Position numbers and translations under genes: made by a program
Notes under the pieces: model-generated
Told to the model about the DNA's origin: nothing
Database searches by the model: none
The model's input: the letters and a program-made list of their open reading frames with translations, nothing else
In this document: positions 49,035 to 61,170 of the stretch, piece after piece
Numbering within the stretch: position 1 is the stretch's first letter
Layout: the number at the start of each line of letters is the position of its first letter
Source of the DNA: Mustelus asterias
Lineage: Eukaryota
DNA length: 64,000 nt
Assembly (NCBI RefSeq): GCF_964213995.1
Contig: NC_135830.1
Span: forward strand, 18,414,001 to 18,478,000
Direction of reading: 5' to 3'

Positions 49035-49365
49035 CATAGAAATCATAGAAACCCTACAGTACAGAAAGAGGCCATTCGGCCCATCGAGTCTGCACCGACC
49101 ACAATCCCACCCAGGCCCTATCCCTACATATTTTACCCACTAATCCCTCTAATCTACGCATCCCAGGACATTAAGGGGCAATTTTAGCATGGCCAATCAA
49201 GCTAACCCGCACATCTTTGGACTGTGGGAGGAAACCGGAGCACCCGGAGGAAACCCACGCAGACACGAGGAGAATGTGCAAACTCCACACAGACAAGCCG
49301 GGAATCGAACCCGGGTCCCTGGAGCTGTGAAGCAGCAGTGCTCACCACTGTGCTACCGTGCCGCC
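49035..49365 (-). mobile_element. HE1-like SINE
   Basis: Reverse copy with A/B boxes. Confidence 0.85.
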
Positions 49366-50544
49366 CATTATTGATTATTATTTGATTATTGTCAATTATT
49401 GATTTGTCAATAAAACCCATTGGGTTCACTAATGCTGTTCAGGAAAAAAAAAATCTGCCATCTTCACTTGGTCTGGCCTACATGTATCTCGAGATCAGCA
49501 AACTTGAAAACTGAGTTGGAGGGGAATTTGGCAACACAGCCATAGGTGTCTCAGGAGTATAGTAAGGGGGCTGGGGACACAGCCTTGTGGGGCACCGATG
49601 TTGAGGTCCTAACCATTTTCATTGGCGTCTGTTTCTGCTGATGTTAATAAACCCCGGCCCAGTTGTAAGGTTTGTATTTTGGGTGGAACTCAAATACACA
49701 AGGAACACAGTGTGATGAACGCTTTTAGTACCTCAAACATGTTCGTTCCATTTGAAGGGCTTCCCCCTCTCCTTTGTCTCCTCCAACAATTGTGAGGAGC
49801 TTCTTCATCACTAAGATTGAGACAATCTGATCAGCTACTTCTGCTGATTCCATCCCTCCCACTAGACCACCGGGCCAAACTCTCTCTAAATATCCTTCTT
49901 GTCTGAGTCCCGAACTCGTAAATAAAAACAGGAAGTGCTGTAAAAACTCAGCAGGTCTGACAGCATCTCTGGAGAGAGAAACAGAGCTAATGTTTTGACA
50001 CTGAAGAAGAGTCACATTCAACTGGAAACATTAACTGTTCCTGTCTTTACAGATTCTGTCAGACGTACTGAGATTTTGCAGCAACGATTTTAGAACAACG
50101 GTGAATGCTGGAAACATGAATCAGAGATTGGTGTAAAACTGTGATCTGCTCCTAAATGAAAGTGAAACAGCAGGTTAAAGTTTCCAGTCTGAAAAGTACT
50201 ATGGTTATTATACTATATCTACCATTTTAAGGCCGGTTTTAACTCATTTAAAATAAACCTGTTTAAAATATATTTGTTAAAGCCAGCATTAAAATACTAG
50301 TTGGATAAGTTCACAGGAGCCTGTTAACCGCTGGTACGATTGTACAACAGACATTAGATCTCCAGATAGAGAAGAAGCTGCAGTTTGTTTGCAGGAATTC
50401 CCTGTTTTATTGATGTGTGTGTGTTAGACATCAGGATAACTAAAAATACACAAACCTGGACATCAATGGTGATGATTCTGACAGTTACTCTGGGAATCAC
50501 TCCCACTGTCAAACTCCAGCACTCACCTGCTGAATTTTCTTTTA

Positions 50545-51470
50545 CAGAAACCCCACAGTGCAGAAAGAGGCCATTCGGCCCATCGAGTCTGCACCGACCA
50601 CAATCCCACCCAGGTCCCATCCCCATACCGCTACACATTTTACCCACTAATCCCTCTAACCTACACATCTCAGGACACTAAGGGGCAATTTAAGCATGGC
50701 CAATCAACCTAACCCGCACATCTTTGGACTGTGGGAGGAATGTGAGAGCATAAAAGATGGGGTCTGATGTTGCGGTTGTATAGAACGTTGGTTCGGCCGC
50801 ATTTGGAATACTGCGCCCAGTTCTGGTCGCCACACTACCAGAAGGACGTGGAGGCTTTGGAGAGAGTACAGAGGAGGTTTACCAGGATGTTGCCTGGTAT
50901 GGAAGGGCTTAGTTATGAGGAGAGATTGGGTAAACTGGGGTTGTTCTCACTGGAAAGACGGAGGATGAGGGGTGACCTAATAGAGGTGTATAAAATTATG
51001 AAAGGCATAGATAGGGTGAACGGTGGGAAGCTTTTTCCCAGGTCGGTGGTGACGTTCACGAGGGGTCATAGGTTCAAGGTGAGGGGAGGGGGGTAGGTTT
51101 AACACGGATATCAGAAGGACGTATTTTACACAGAGGGTGGTGGGGGCCTGGAATGCGCTGCCGGGCAAGGTGGTGGAGGCGGACACACTGGGAACGTTTA
51201 AGACTTATCTAGATAGCCACATGAACGGAGTGGGAATGGAGGGATACAAAAGAATGGTCCAGTTTGGACCAGGGAGTGGCGCGGGCTTGGAGGGCCGAAG
51301 GGCCTGTTCCTGTGCTGTATTGTTCTTTGAAACCGGAGCACCCGGAGGAAACCCACGCAGACACGAGGAGAATGTGCAAACTCCACACAGACAGTGACCC
51401 AAGCCGGGAATCGAACCCAGGTCCCTGGAGCTGTGAAGCAGCAGTGCTAACCACTGTGCTACCGTGCCGC
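50545..51470. mobile_element. Minus-strand HE1-like SINE split by a plus-strand CR1 3' fragment (~50745-51328)
   Basis: The SINE stops at ..GGAGGAA (50740) and resumes at GAAACCGGAGCACC (51329). The CR1 ORF 50767-51096 lies between. Confidence 0.85.
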
Positions 51471-52087
51471 TCAGGGAGGCTCAAGGAGTGGGGCCTCCAG
51501 GAGTGGACTGCAAGAAAGCTGTGTTTCAGTATCCTGAGTAATATATGGTGAGGAACCAGAAAAACCCTGACTGAGGAACTGTCTGGGGTTTTACCAGTGT
51601 AGGTTCAGGGGCGAATGATTCCTGACTCCCTGAAATGTCTGACATTGAACCCAGTTTGGAACAAGATGGATTCAGTTTCCAGGAAAATAGGAACAAATAT
51701 CACCCACAACTGAGAGAGAGAAAAACAGCCACTTTGATCAATGACTTGGATGAAGCCAAAATTGATGATACAAAGATAGGTAGAAAAGCAAGCTGTGAGG
51801 TACAAAAAATCTGTAAGGGACACAGATAAGTTACCTGAATGGACAGGAAAATGGCACATGGAGTATAGTGCGGGAAAGTGGGAGCTTTTTGGCAGGAAGA
51901 ATAGGAATGAAAATTGTTTAAATGTACAGAAACTGAAGAATACTGCCGTAGAGAGGAATCTGGATGTCCTTGTACATGGATCGTGAAAAAATAGGATGAA
52001 GGTACAGCAAGTAAAGAAGGCGGCAAATGGAGTGTTGGACTTTACTGCAAGGGGGTGGAGTTTGAAAAAAGGGAACTTGCTGCACCT

Positions 52088-54357
52088 ACACAGTAAGAAG
52101 TTTAACAACACCAGGTTAAAGTCCAACAGGTTTATTTGGTAGCAAAAGCCACACAAGCTTTCGAGGCTCTGAGCCCCTTCTTCAGGTGAGTGGGAATTCT
52201 GTTCACAAACAGAACTTATAAGACACAGACTCAATTTACATGAATAATGGTTGGAATGCGAATACTTACAACTAATCCAGTCTTTAAGAAACAAAACAAT
52301 GGGAGTGGAGAGAGCATCAAGACCGGCTAAAAAGATGTGTATTGTCTCCAGACAAGACAGCCAGTGAAACTCTGCAGGTCCACGCAACTGTGGGAGTTAC
52401 AAATAGTGTGACATAAATTCTGATTCTAGGATCGCATGATAAAGACTCAGGAGGAAAAAAGCAGAAATATTTATGTGAAATAGTGTGACATAAACCCAAT
52501 ATCCCGGTTGAGGCCGTCCTTGTGTGTGCGGAACCTGGCTATCAGTTTCTGCTCCGCGACTCTGCGCTGTCGTGTGTCGCGAAGGCCGCCTTGGAGAACG
52601 CTTACCCGAATATCAGAGGCCGAATGCCCGTGACCGCTGAAGTGCTCCCCAACAGGAAGAGAACAGTCTTGCCTGGTGATTGTCGAGCGGTGTTCATTCA
52701 TCCGTTGTCGCAGCGTCTGCATAGTTTCCCCAATGTACCATGCCTCGGGACATCCTTTCTTGCAGCGTATCAGGTAGACAACGTTGGCCGAGTTGCAAGA
52801 GTATGTACCGTGTACCTGGTGGATGGTGTTCTCACGTGAGATGATGGCATCTGTGTCGATGATCCGGCACGTCTTGCAGAGGTTGCTGTGGCAGGGTTGT
52901 GTGGTGTCTTGGTCACTGTTCTCCTGAAGGCTGGGTAGTTTGCTGCGGACAATGGTCTGTTTGAGGTTGTGCGGTTGTTTGAAGGCAAGAAGTGGGGGTG
53001 TGGGGATGGCCTTGGCGAGATGTTCGTCTTCATCAATGACATGTTGAAGGCTCCGGAGGAGATGCCGTAGCTTCTCCGCTCCGGGGAAGTACTGGACAAC
53101 GAAGGGTACTCTGTTCACTGTGTCCCGTGTTTGTCTTCTGAGGAGGTCGGTGCGGTTTTTCGCTGTGGCGCGTTGGAACTGTTGATCAATGAGTCTAGCG
53201 CCATATCCTGTTCTTATGAGGGCATCTTTCAGCGTCTGGAGGTGTCTGTTGCGATCCTCCTCATCTGAGCAGATCCTGTGTATACGGAGGGCTTGTCCGT
53301 AGGGGATGGCTTCTTTAACGTGTTTAGGGTGGAAGCTGGAGAAGTGGAGCATCGTGAGGTTATCCGTGGGCTTGCGGTACAGTGAGGTGCTGAGGTGACC
53401 GTCCTTAATGGAGATGCGCGTGTCCAAGAATGCAACCGATTCCGGAGAGTAGTCTATGGTGAGCCTGATGGTGGGATGGAACTTGTTGATGTCATCATAG
53501 AGTTGTTTCAGTGATTGTTCACCATGAGTCCAAAGGAAGAAAATGTCATCGATGTATCTAGTGTATAGCACCGGTTGAAGGTCCCGTGCGGTGAAGAAGT
53601 CTTGTTCGAACCTGTGCATGAAGATGTTGGCATATTGAGGTGCAAATTTGGTCCCCATGGCTGTTCCGTGTGTCTGGATGAAGAACTGGTTGTTGAAGGT
53701 GAAGATATTGTGGTCCAGGATGAAGCGGATGAGATGTAAAATTTCATCTGGAAACTGGCAGTTGTTGGCGCAGTTGTCACGGGCATTCGGCCTCTGATAT
53801 TCGGGTAAGCGTTCTCCAAGGCGGCCTTCGCGACACACGACAGCGCAGAGTCGCGGAGCAGAAACTGATAGCCAGGTTCCGCACACACAAGGACGGCCTC
53901 AACCGGGATATTGGGTTTATGTCACACTATTTCACATAAATATTTCTGCTTTTTTCCTCCTGAGTCTTTATCATGCGATCCTAGAATCAGAATTTATGTC
54001 ACACTATTTGTAACTCCCACAGTTGCGTGGACCTGCAGAGTTTCACTGGCTGTCTTGTCTGGAGACAATACACATCTTTTTAGCCGGTCTTGATGCTCTC
54101 TCCACTCCCATTGTTTTGTTTCTTAAAGACTGGATTAGTTGTAAGTATTCGCATTCCAACCATTATTCATGTAAATTGAGTCTGTGTCTTATAAGTTCTG
54201 TTTGTGAACAGAATTCCCACTCACCTGAAGAAGGGGCTCAGAGCCTCGAAAGCTTGTGTGGCTTTTGCTACCAAATAAACCTGTTGGACTTTAACCTGGT
54301 GTTGTTAAACTTCTTACTGTGTTTACCCCAGTCCAACGCCGGCATCTCCACATCATG
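52088..54357 (-). mobile_element. Penelope-like retroelement, 5'-truncated RT + GIY-YIG endonuclease, with ~547-bp inverted repeat
   Basis: ORF 52471-53886 has GTAMGTKFAPQYANIFM, RYIDDIF and VVYLIRCKKGCPEAWYIGET..LRQRMNEH. Arms lie at 52088-52634 and 53776-54322, with direct repeat GCACCTACACAG at 52082 and 54358. Confidence 0.93.
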
Positions 54358-56209
54358 GCACCTACACAGGACATTGCTGAGATAGCAGCTGGAATACTGT
54401 GTACGGTTCTGGTCTCCCTACTTATGGAATGATATGCTTTCATTGGAATGAGTTCAGTGAAAGTTCACTAGGCCCATTCCTAAGATAAAGGAGGAAAGGT
54501 TGTGAAGGTGTAGGGGAGAATTCTCCCGTCCCACTCGCCACAGGAATCGTAGCAGGCCGGGGGGGGGGGTGGACCACACAAAGGTCCTTTGACCCCCGGT
54601 GGGGATTCACCAGTTTTGGGGCAAGTGAGGCCGCAGAATCCAACTCGTTGTCTTTTGGGGAAAGGTTGCACCGATACTCATTAGGTTCGGAAGAATGAGC
54701 AGTGAACATTCTGAAACATATAAGATTCTCATGGGGGGGTTGACAGGCGAGAGGCCAAGAGGATGATTCATGAAGGAGTCTTGAACTTGGTGCCACAGAT
54801 CAAAAAGGAGTCAAGGGTATTGTTTTAGCCCTTAGAGACACCTATACTTTATCCTCAGTTTCAGTCAGGTTAGCTGGTGTTGTCCACCCAATGGGACAGG
54901 TCCTGTTTCATGTGAGAGTTTTGATTTGATTTATTATTGTCACATGTATTGGGATACAGTGAATATTATTGTTTCTTGCACGCTATACAGACAAAACATA
55001 CCATTCATAAAGTACAGCGGGGAGAAGGAAAGAAGAGGGTTCAGAATATAGTGTTACAGTCATAGCTAGGGTGTAGAATGAGATCAATTTAATATACGTT
55101 GGTCCATTCAAAAGTCCGATAGCAGGGAAGAAGCTGTTCTTGAGTCAGTTGGTACATTGTGTGGGTGGGTGGGTGGGAGGATGGGTCTGTGTGTGTGGGT
55201 GTCTGAGTGAGGCTGCTTCTCATCAGTTGCAGCACAAACCTTCCTCCAAGCAGACTATGCTAGGTCTCTGAGTTTCCAACTGAGTGATTTGAGTGATTCA
55301 GAGATTCTCCATCCAGACTGACTGTGTGCTGTGTAAAACCTGACATCGACACAACCAGACCTCACTTCTCCTGGAACAACATGTCTGCTGCTTTCCTGAT
55401 CCCTTCCTTTCCCCTCGCCATTATCCTCAGATAGTTCACAAATTCCATTGTACCTCCAATGGTCTCCACTTTAAATCTTTCCATCAGTCTTACCAACAGA
55501 TAGCAATGGGATTGCTGCTATCACAGTGATAAATTCTGAAATACTGCCTCTCTGATCTCGATCTCTCCACCATATCCTCACCCGAGTTTCACTTTTTAAT
55601 ATGAGGAAATTAATATAATTTAACTTTCAACAGCACCTTCCCACCTTTACCTTCCAACCCTACAAACTCTCCCACCTAGAGACAAGGGCAGCAGATAATT
55701 GGCAACATGGACAACCGCACATTATCAAAGAACAGTACAGCAGGGGAACAGACCCTTCACTGAAAAACAATGGCACCCAAAACATAAGCAATCTTGACTT
55801 GGCATCATGTTGCTGTTCTTTCACTGTCGCTGATCAAAAATCATCGAAATCCCTTCCTAACAGCACTTTGGATGTACCTACACTCCATGGACTGCGGCAA
55901 ACTTATAAACATAGGAGCAGGAGTAGATAATTCAGCCGCTTCACCCATTTAATTAGATCACGGCTGGCCTGACAGTAACTTCAAATCTGCAGCTCAAGAA
56001 GGCAGCCCCAACCACCTTCTCAAGAATAATTTGGGGTGGATAATCGATGTCCACATTGTACAAACAATTATAAAAGCCCATTAAAACTGGTTCAGCACAC
56101 CCACTCCCCACAGACTGAAAAAGATTGGCTTTAAGATCAGTTGTTCCTTTATAATCTGTGGTTCTGAACGATGACAGTATTCACCTTCTCTCTAACCTGT
56201 CTTTGTGAG

Positions 56210-56480
56210 CGACATGGTGGCACAGTGGTTATCACTGCTGCCTCACAGCGCCAGGGACCCAGATTCGATTCCTGGCTTGGGTCACTGTCTGTGCAGAGTT
56301 TGCATGTTCTCCCCCGTGTCTGTGTGGGTTTCCTCCAGGTGCTCCAGTTTCCTCCTACAGTCTGAAAGACGTGCTGGTTAGGGTGCATTGACCCGAACAG
56401 GCGCCGGAGTGTTGGCGATTAGGGAAATTTCACAGCAACTTCATTGCAGTGTTAATGTAAGCCTTACTTTGACTAATAAA
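56210..56480 (+). mobile_element. tRNA-derived SINE (HE1-related)
   Basis: GGTGGCACAGTGG..TTCGATTCC head. Confidence 0.8.
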
Positions 56481-56828
56481 AAATCTTAAACTTTTCTCAA
56501 CCCTTCTTGCAGTTCAATTATTGAAACCAGTCCTTGTTCTAATGATGAGATTCCCTGTCTGCTGTTGTAACTTTAAATCAGCCCTTGAATCGGTTGTGCT
56601 TTTTCCCTCATGTTCCCACATTTCAGTAACAAACTTTTTTTACTTATTTAACTTTTTTTTGCTCTTAGCTCTGACAAAGGGTCATCCAGACTCGAAACGT
56701 TGGCTCTATTCTCTCTGATGTGGAGACGCCGGCGTTGGACTGGGGTAAACACAGTAAGAAGTTGAACAACACCAGGTTAAAGTCCAACAGGTTTATTTGG
56801 TAGCAAAAGCCACACAAGCTTTCGGAGC

Positions 56829-57332
56829 CTTGGAGGGAGTGCAGAGAAGGTTCACCAGGTTGATACCAGAGATGAGGGGTGTTGATTATGAGGAGAGACT
56901 GAGCAGATTGGGTTTGTACTCGTTAGAGTTTAGAAGGCTGAGGGGGGATCTTATAGAGACCTATAAGATAATGAAGGGGCTGGATAGGGTAGAGGTGGAG
57001 AGATTCTTTCCACTTAGAAAGGAAACTAGAACTAGAGGGCACAGCCTCAAAATAAAGGGGGGTTGGTTTAGGACAGAGTTGAGGAGGAACTTCTTCTCTC
57101 AGAGGGTGGTGAATCTCTGGAATTCTCTGCCCACTGAAGTGGTGGAGGCTACCTCGTTGAATATGTTTAAATCACGGATAATGGATTCCTGATCGGTAAG
57201 GGAATTAGGGGTTATGGGGATCAGGCGGGTAAGTGGAACTGATCCACTTCAGACCAGCCATGATCTTATTGAATGGCGGGGCAGGCTCGAGGGGCTAGAT
57301 GGCCTACTCCTGCTCCTGTTTCTTATGTTCTT
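56829..57332 (+). mobile_element. CR1 3' fragment nested in a Penelope-derived terminal piece (~56717-57455)
   Basis: The ALEGVQRRFTRLIPEMRG.. ORF is flanked by the PLE end sequence. Confidence 0.82.
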
Positions 57333-57534
57333 AAGCCCCTTGTTCAGGTGAGTGGGAATTCTGTGAATTCCCACTCACCTGAAGAAGGGGCTTGGGGCTC
57401 CGAAAGCTTGTGTGGCTTTTGCTACCAAATAAACCTGTTGTTAAACTTCTTACTCTATTCTCTCTCCACAGATGCTGTCAGACCGGCTGAGGTTTTCCAG
57501 CATTTACTGTTTTTATCTCAGTGGTAAATGTTGA

Positions 57535-58900
57535 TGTGTTTGCCCCCACACCCACAGGGCTCCATCTGTTTGCCCCCACACCCACAGGTCTCCATCTGTT
57601 TGAAGCCACACCCACAGGGCTCCATCTGTTTGCCCCCATACCCACAGGGCTCCATCTGTTTGCCCCCACACCCACAGGGCTCCATCTGTTTGCTCTGCAC
57701 CCACAGGGCTCCATCTGTTTGCTCTGCACCCACAGGGCTCCATCTGTTTGCTCTGCACCCACAGGGCTCCATCTGTTTGCCCCCACACCCACAGGGCTCC
57801 ATCTGTTTGCTCTGCACCCACAGGGCTCCATCTGTTTGCCCCCACACCCACAGGGCTCCATCTGTTTGCTCTGCACCCACAGGGCTCCATCTGTTGGCTC
57901 CGCACCCACAGGACTCCATCTGTTTCCCCCCACACCCACAGGGCTCCATCTGTTTGCTCTGCACCCACAGGGCTCCATCTGTTTGCCCCCACACCCACAG
58001 GGCTCCATCTGTTTGCCCCCACACCCACAGGGCTCCATCTGTTTGCTCCGCACCCACAGGGCTCCATCTGTTTGCTCCCACACCCACAGGGCTCCATCTG
58101 TTTGCTCCGCACCCACAGGGCTCCATCTGTTTGCTCTGCACCCACAGGGCTCCATCTGTTTGCTCTGCACCCACAGGGCTCCATCTGTTTGCCCCCACAC
58201 CCACAGGGCTCCATCTGTTTGCTCTGCACCCACAGGGCTCCATCTGTTTGCCCCCACACCCACAGGGCTCCATCTGTTTGCTCTGCACCCACAGGGCTCC
58301 ATCTGTTTGCTCCGCACCCACAGGGCTCCATCTGTTTGCTCCACACCCACAGGGCTCCATCTGTTTGCCCCACACCCACAGGGCTCCATCTGTTTGCTCC
58401 ACACCCACAGGGCTCCATCTGTTTGCTCTGCACCCACAGGGCTCCATCTGTTTGCTCTGCACCCACAGGGCTCCATCTGTTTGCCCCCACACCCACAGGG
58501 CTCCATCTGTTTGCTCTGCACCCACAGGGCTCCATCTGTTTGCCCCCACACCCACAGGGCTCCATCTGTTTGCTCTGCACCCACAGGGCTCCATCTGTTT
58601 GCTCTGCACCCACAGGGCTCCATCTGTTTGCCCCCACACCCACAGGGCTCCATCTGTTTGCTCTGCACCCACAGGGCTCCATCTGTTTGCTCTGCACCCA
58701 CAGGGCTCCATCTGTTTGCTCCCACACCCACAGGGCTCCATCTGTTTGCCCCCACACCCACAGGGCTCCATCTGTTTGCCCCCACACCCACAGGGCTCCA
58801 TCTGTTTGCTCCACACCCACAGGGCTCCATCTGTTTGCCCCCACACCCACAGGGCTCCATCTGTTTGCTCCACACCCACAGGGCTCCATCTGTTTGAAGC
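57535..58900 (+). repeat. 29/30-bp minisatellite CCCACAGGGCTCCATCTGTTTGC[TCTG/CCCCA]CA, ~46 copies
   Basis: Directly visible. Confidence 0.95.
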
Positions 58901-58959
58901 CACAAACAGGTCCAGTTTTCTCCTGAACTTTGACACAAAGCAGCTTCACAATGATGCAG

Positions 58960-59530
58960 AGTTTCAGCCAATGAGGGAGACCTGGGCTCAGCCCCGCCCC
59001 TCCATTCACTCCCATTGGTTGGAGGACCAGCCACTCCCGCTTGGTCCTCTAGCCCCGCCCCCTCATTCACTCCGATTGGTTGGAGGACCAGCCACTCCCG
59101 CTTGGTCCTCTAGCCCCGCCCCCTCATTCACTCCGATTGGTTGGAGGACCAGCCGCTCCCGCTCGGTCCTCCAGTCCCGCCCCCTCTTCCCATTGGTCCG
59201 GAGCTGCCGTCAATCACTGCCCCCGGCCGGATTGTACGGTGGAGCATGCGCAGTCCGGATACTGGGGGAAGTGGGAGTTGGGTTGCAGTTCGGAGCGATT
59301 CAAATTTAGAAATCGCCGGGTGTGGGTTGGAAGGCTTCGTAAACATCTGATGGAGGCTCCAAACACCGAGTAAGAAGCTCCCGGTCCCGCGTTTGTAGCA
59401 AGCGGGCCGCGCCCGCGGGTCAAGGGTAACGGCCGCCATCTTGAAACGGAGCGAGGTACAACAGAGCGCATGCGCGGCAACCATCTTGGTTATGGGCAAC
59501 GGGAAGGACGCATGCGCAAAGTGAGCCTGA
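58960..59530. promoter_or_regulatory. CpG-island housekeeping-type promoter
   Basis: GC boxes (CCCGCCC) and CCAAT/ATTGG in a 61-bp triplication. NRF1 motifs GCATGCGC at ~59244, 59466 and 59509; YY1 motif GCCGCCATCTTG at 59432-59443; high CpG content. Confidence 0.75.
59350..59369 (+). CDS. Possible short first coding exon (MEAPNT-phase 2) of the downstream neighbour gene
   Basis: ATGG at 59350 is followed by GA|GTAAGA at 59370 within the CpG island. No second exon is seen in the window. Confidence 0.3.
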
Positions 59531-59549
59531 CATCCCAGGTCAGCCTCAT

Positions 59550-60310
59550 AAGAACATAAGAACATAAGAAATAGGAGCAGGAGTAGGCCATCTAGCCCCT
59601 CGAGCCTGCCCCGCCATTCAATAAGATCATGGCTGATCTGACGTGGATCAGTACCACTTACCCGCCTGATCCCCATAACCCTTAATTCCCTTACCGATCA
59701 GGAATCCATCCATCCGCGCTTTAAACATATTCAGCGAGGTAGCCTCCACCACCTCAGTGGGCAGAGAATTCCAGAGATTCACCACCCTCTGGGAGAAGAA
59801 GTTCCTCCTCAACTCTGTCTTAAACCGACCCCCCTTTATTTTGAGGCTGTGTCCTCTAGTTTTAACTTCCTTACTAAGTGGAAAGAATCTCTCCGCCTCC
59901 ACCCTATCCAGCCCCCGCATTATCTTATAAGTCTCCATAAGATCCCCCCTCATCCTTCTAAACTCCAACGAGTACAAACCCAATCTCCTCAGCCTCTCCT
60001 CATAATCCAAACCCCTCATCTCCGGTATCAACCTGGTGAACCTTCTCTGCACTCCCTCCAATGCCAATATATCCTTCCTCATATAAGGGGACCAATACTG
60101 CACACAGTATTCCAGCTGCGGCCTCACCAATGCCCTGTACAGGTGCATCAAGACATCCCTGCTTTTATATTCTATCCCCTTCGCAATATAGGCCAACATC
60201 CCATTTGCCTTCTTGATCACCTGTTGTACCTGCAGACTGGGCTTTTGCGTCTCATGCACAAGGACCCCCAGGTCCCTTTGCACGGTAGCATGTTTTAATT
60301 TGTTTCCATC
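59550..60310 (-). mobile_element. CR1 LINE 3' fragment (young; near-identical to 1385-2523)
   Basis: ORF 59648-60283. Confidence 0.92.
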
Positions 60311-60679
60311 TGAGAGCAGATTTCCACTCCATCTGACGAAGGAGCAGCACTCCGAAAGCTAATAGCATTTGCTACCAAATAAACCTGTTGGACTTTAACC
60401 TGGTGTTGTTAAAACTCTTACTGTATGTACCCTCCCTGCCGCCAGTGATTACTGAAAGATCACCACCAATGCCTCCACAATTTCCTCAGTGATCTCTTTT
60501 AGAACCCTGGGGTGTAGTCCATTCGGTCCAGGTGATATATCCACCTTTAGACCTTTCAGTTTCCCCAGAACCTTCTCCTTAGTGATGGCCATTACACTCA
60601 CTGTGCCCCCTGACTCTTCTGGAGCTTTGGCATCCCACTGGTGTCTTCCACCGTGAAGACTGCCCTGTATAGTTGCAAC

Positions 60680-61170
60680 AATGATGTGGAGATGCCGGCG
60701 TTGGACTGGGGTAAGCACAGTAAGAAGTCTCACAACACCAGGTTAAAGTCCAACAGGTTTATTTGGTAGCAAATACCATAAGCTTTCGGAGCGCTGCCCC
60801 TTCGTCAGATGGAGTGAAAATCTGTTCTCCAACAGTGCACAGAGACACAACATCAAGTTACAGAATACTAATTAGAATGCAAATCTCTACAGCCAGCCAG
60901 GTCTTAAAGGTACAGATAATACAGACAATACACATCTCTTTAACCTGTGTTGAATGCTCCCTCCACCCACATTATCTGTACCTTTAAGACCTGGCTGGCT
61001 GTAGAGATTTGCATTCTAATTAGTATTCTGTAACTTGATGTTGTGTCTCTGTGCACTGTTGGAGAACAGATTTTCACTCCATCTGACGAAGGGGCAGCGC
61101 TCCGAAAGCTTATGGTATTTGCTACCAAATAAACCTGTTGGACTTTAACCTGGTGTTGTGAGACTTCTTA
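60680..61170. mobile_element. Palindromic Penelope-derived terminal element
   Basis: 60720-60920 is the reverse complement of ~60970-61170. Each arm has CTGACGA-AGGGGC-AGC-GCTCC-GAAA. Confidence 0.8.

Noticed and set aside
49706-49735. CACAGTG as a possible V/D RSS
   Set aside because: No nonamer and no upstream V-like YYC-coding frame.
57478-59309. 400-600 aa ORFs in all six frames
   Set aside because: Product of the stop-free 29/30-bp VNTR.
59128-59440. Minus-strand ORF starting MAAVTLDP in a good Kozak context
   Set aside because: The ATG lies in a YY1 motif, and the peptide has no recognisable similarity and runs into the promoter repeats. A bidirectional transcript cannot be fully excluded.
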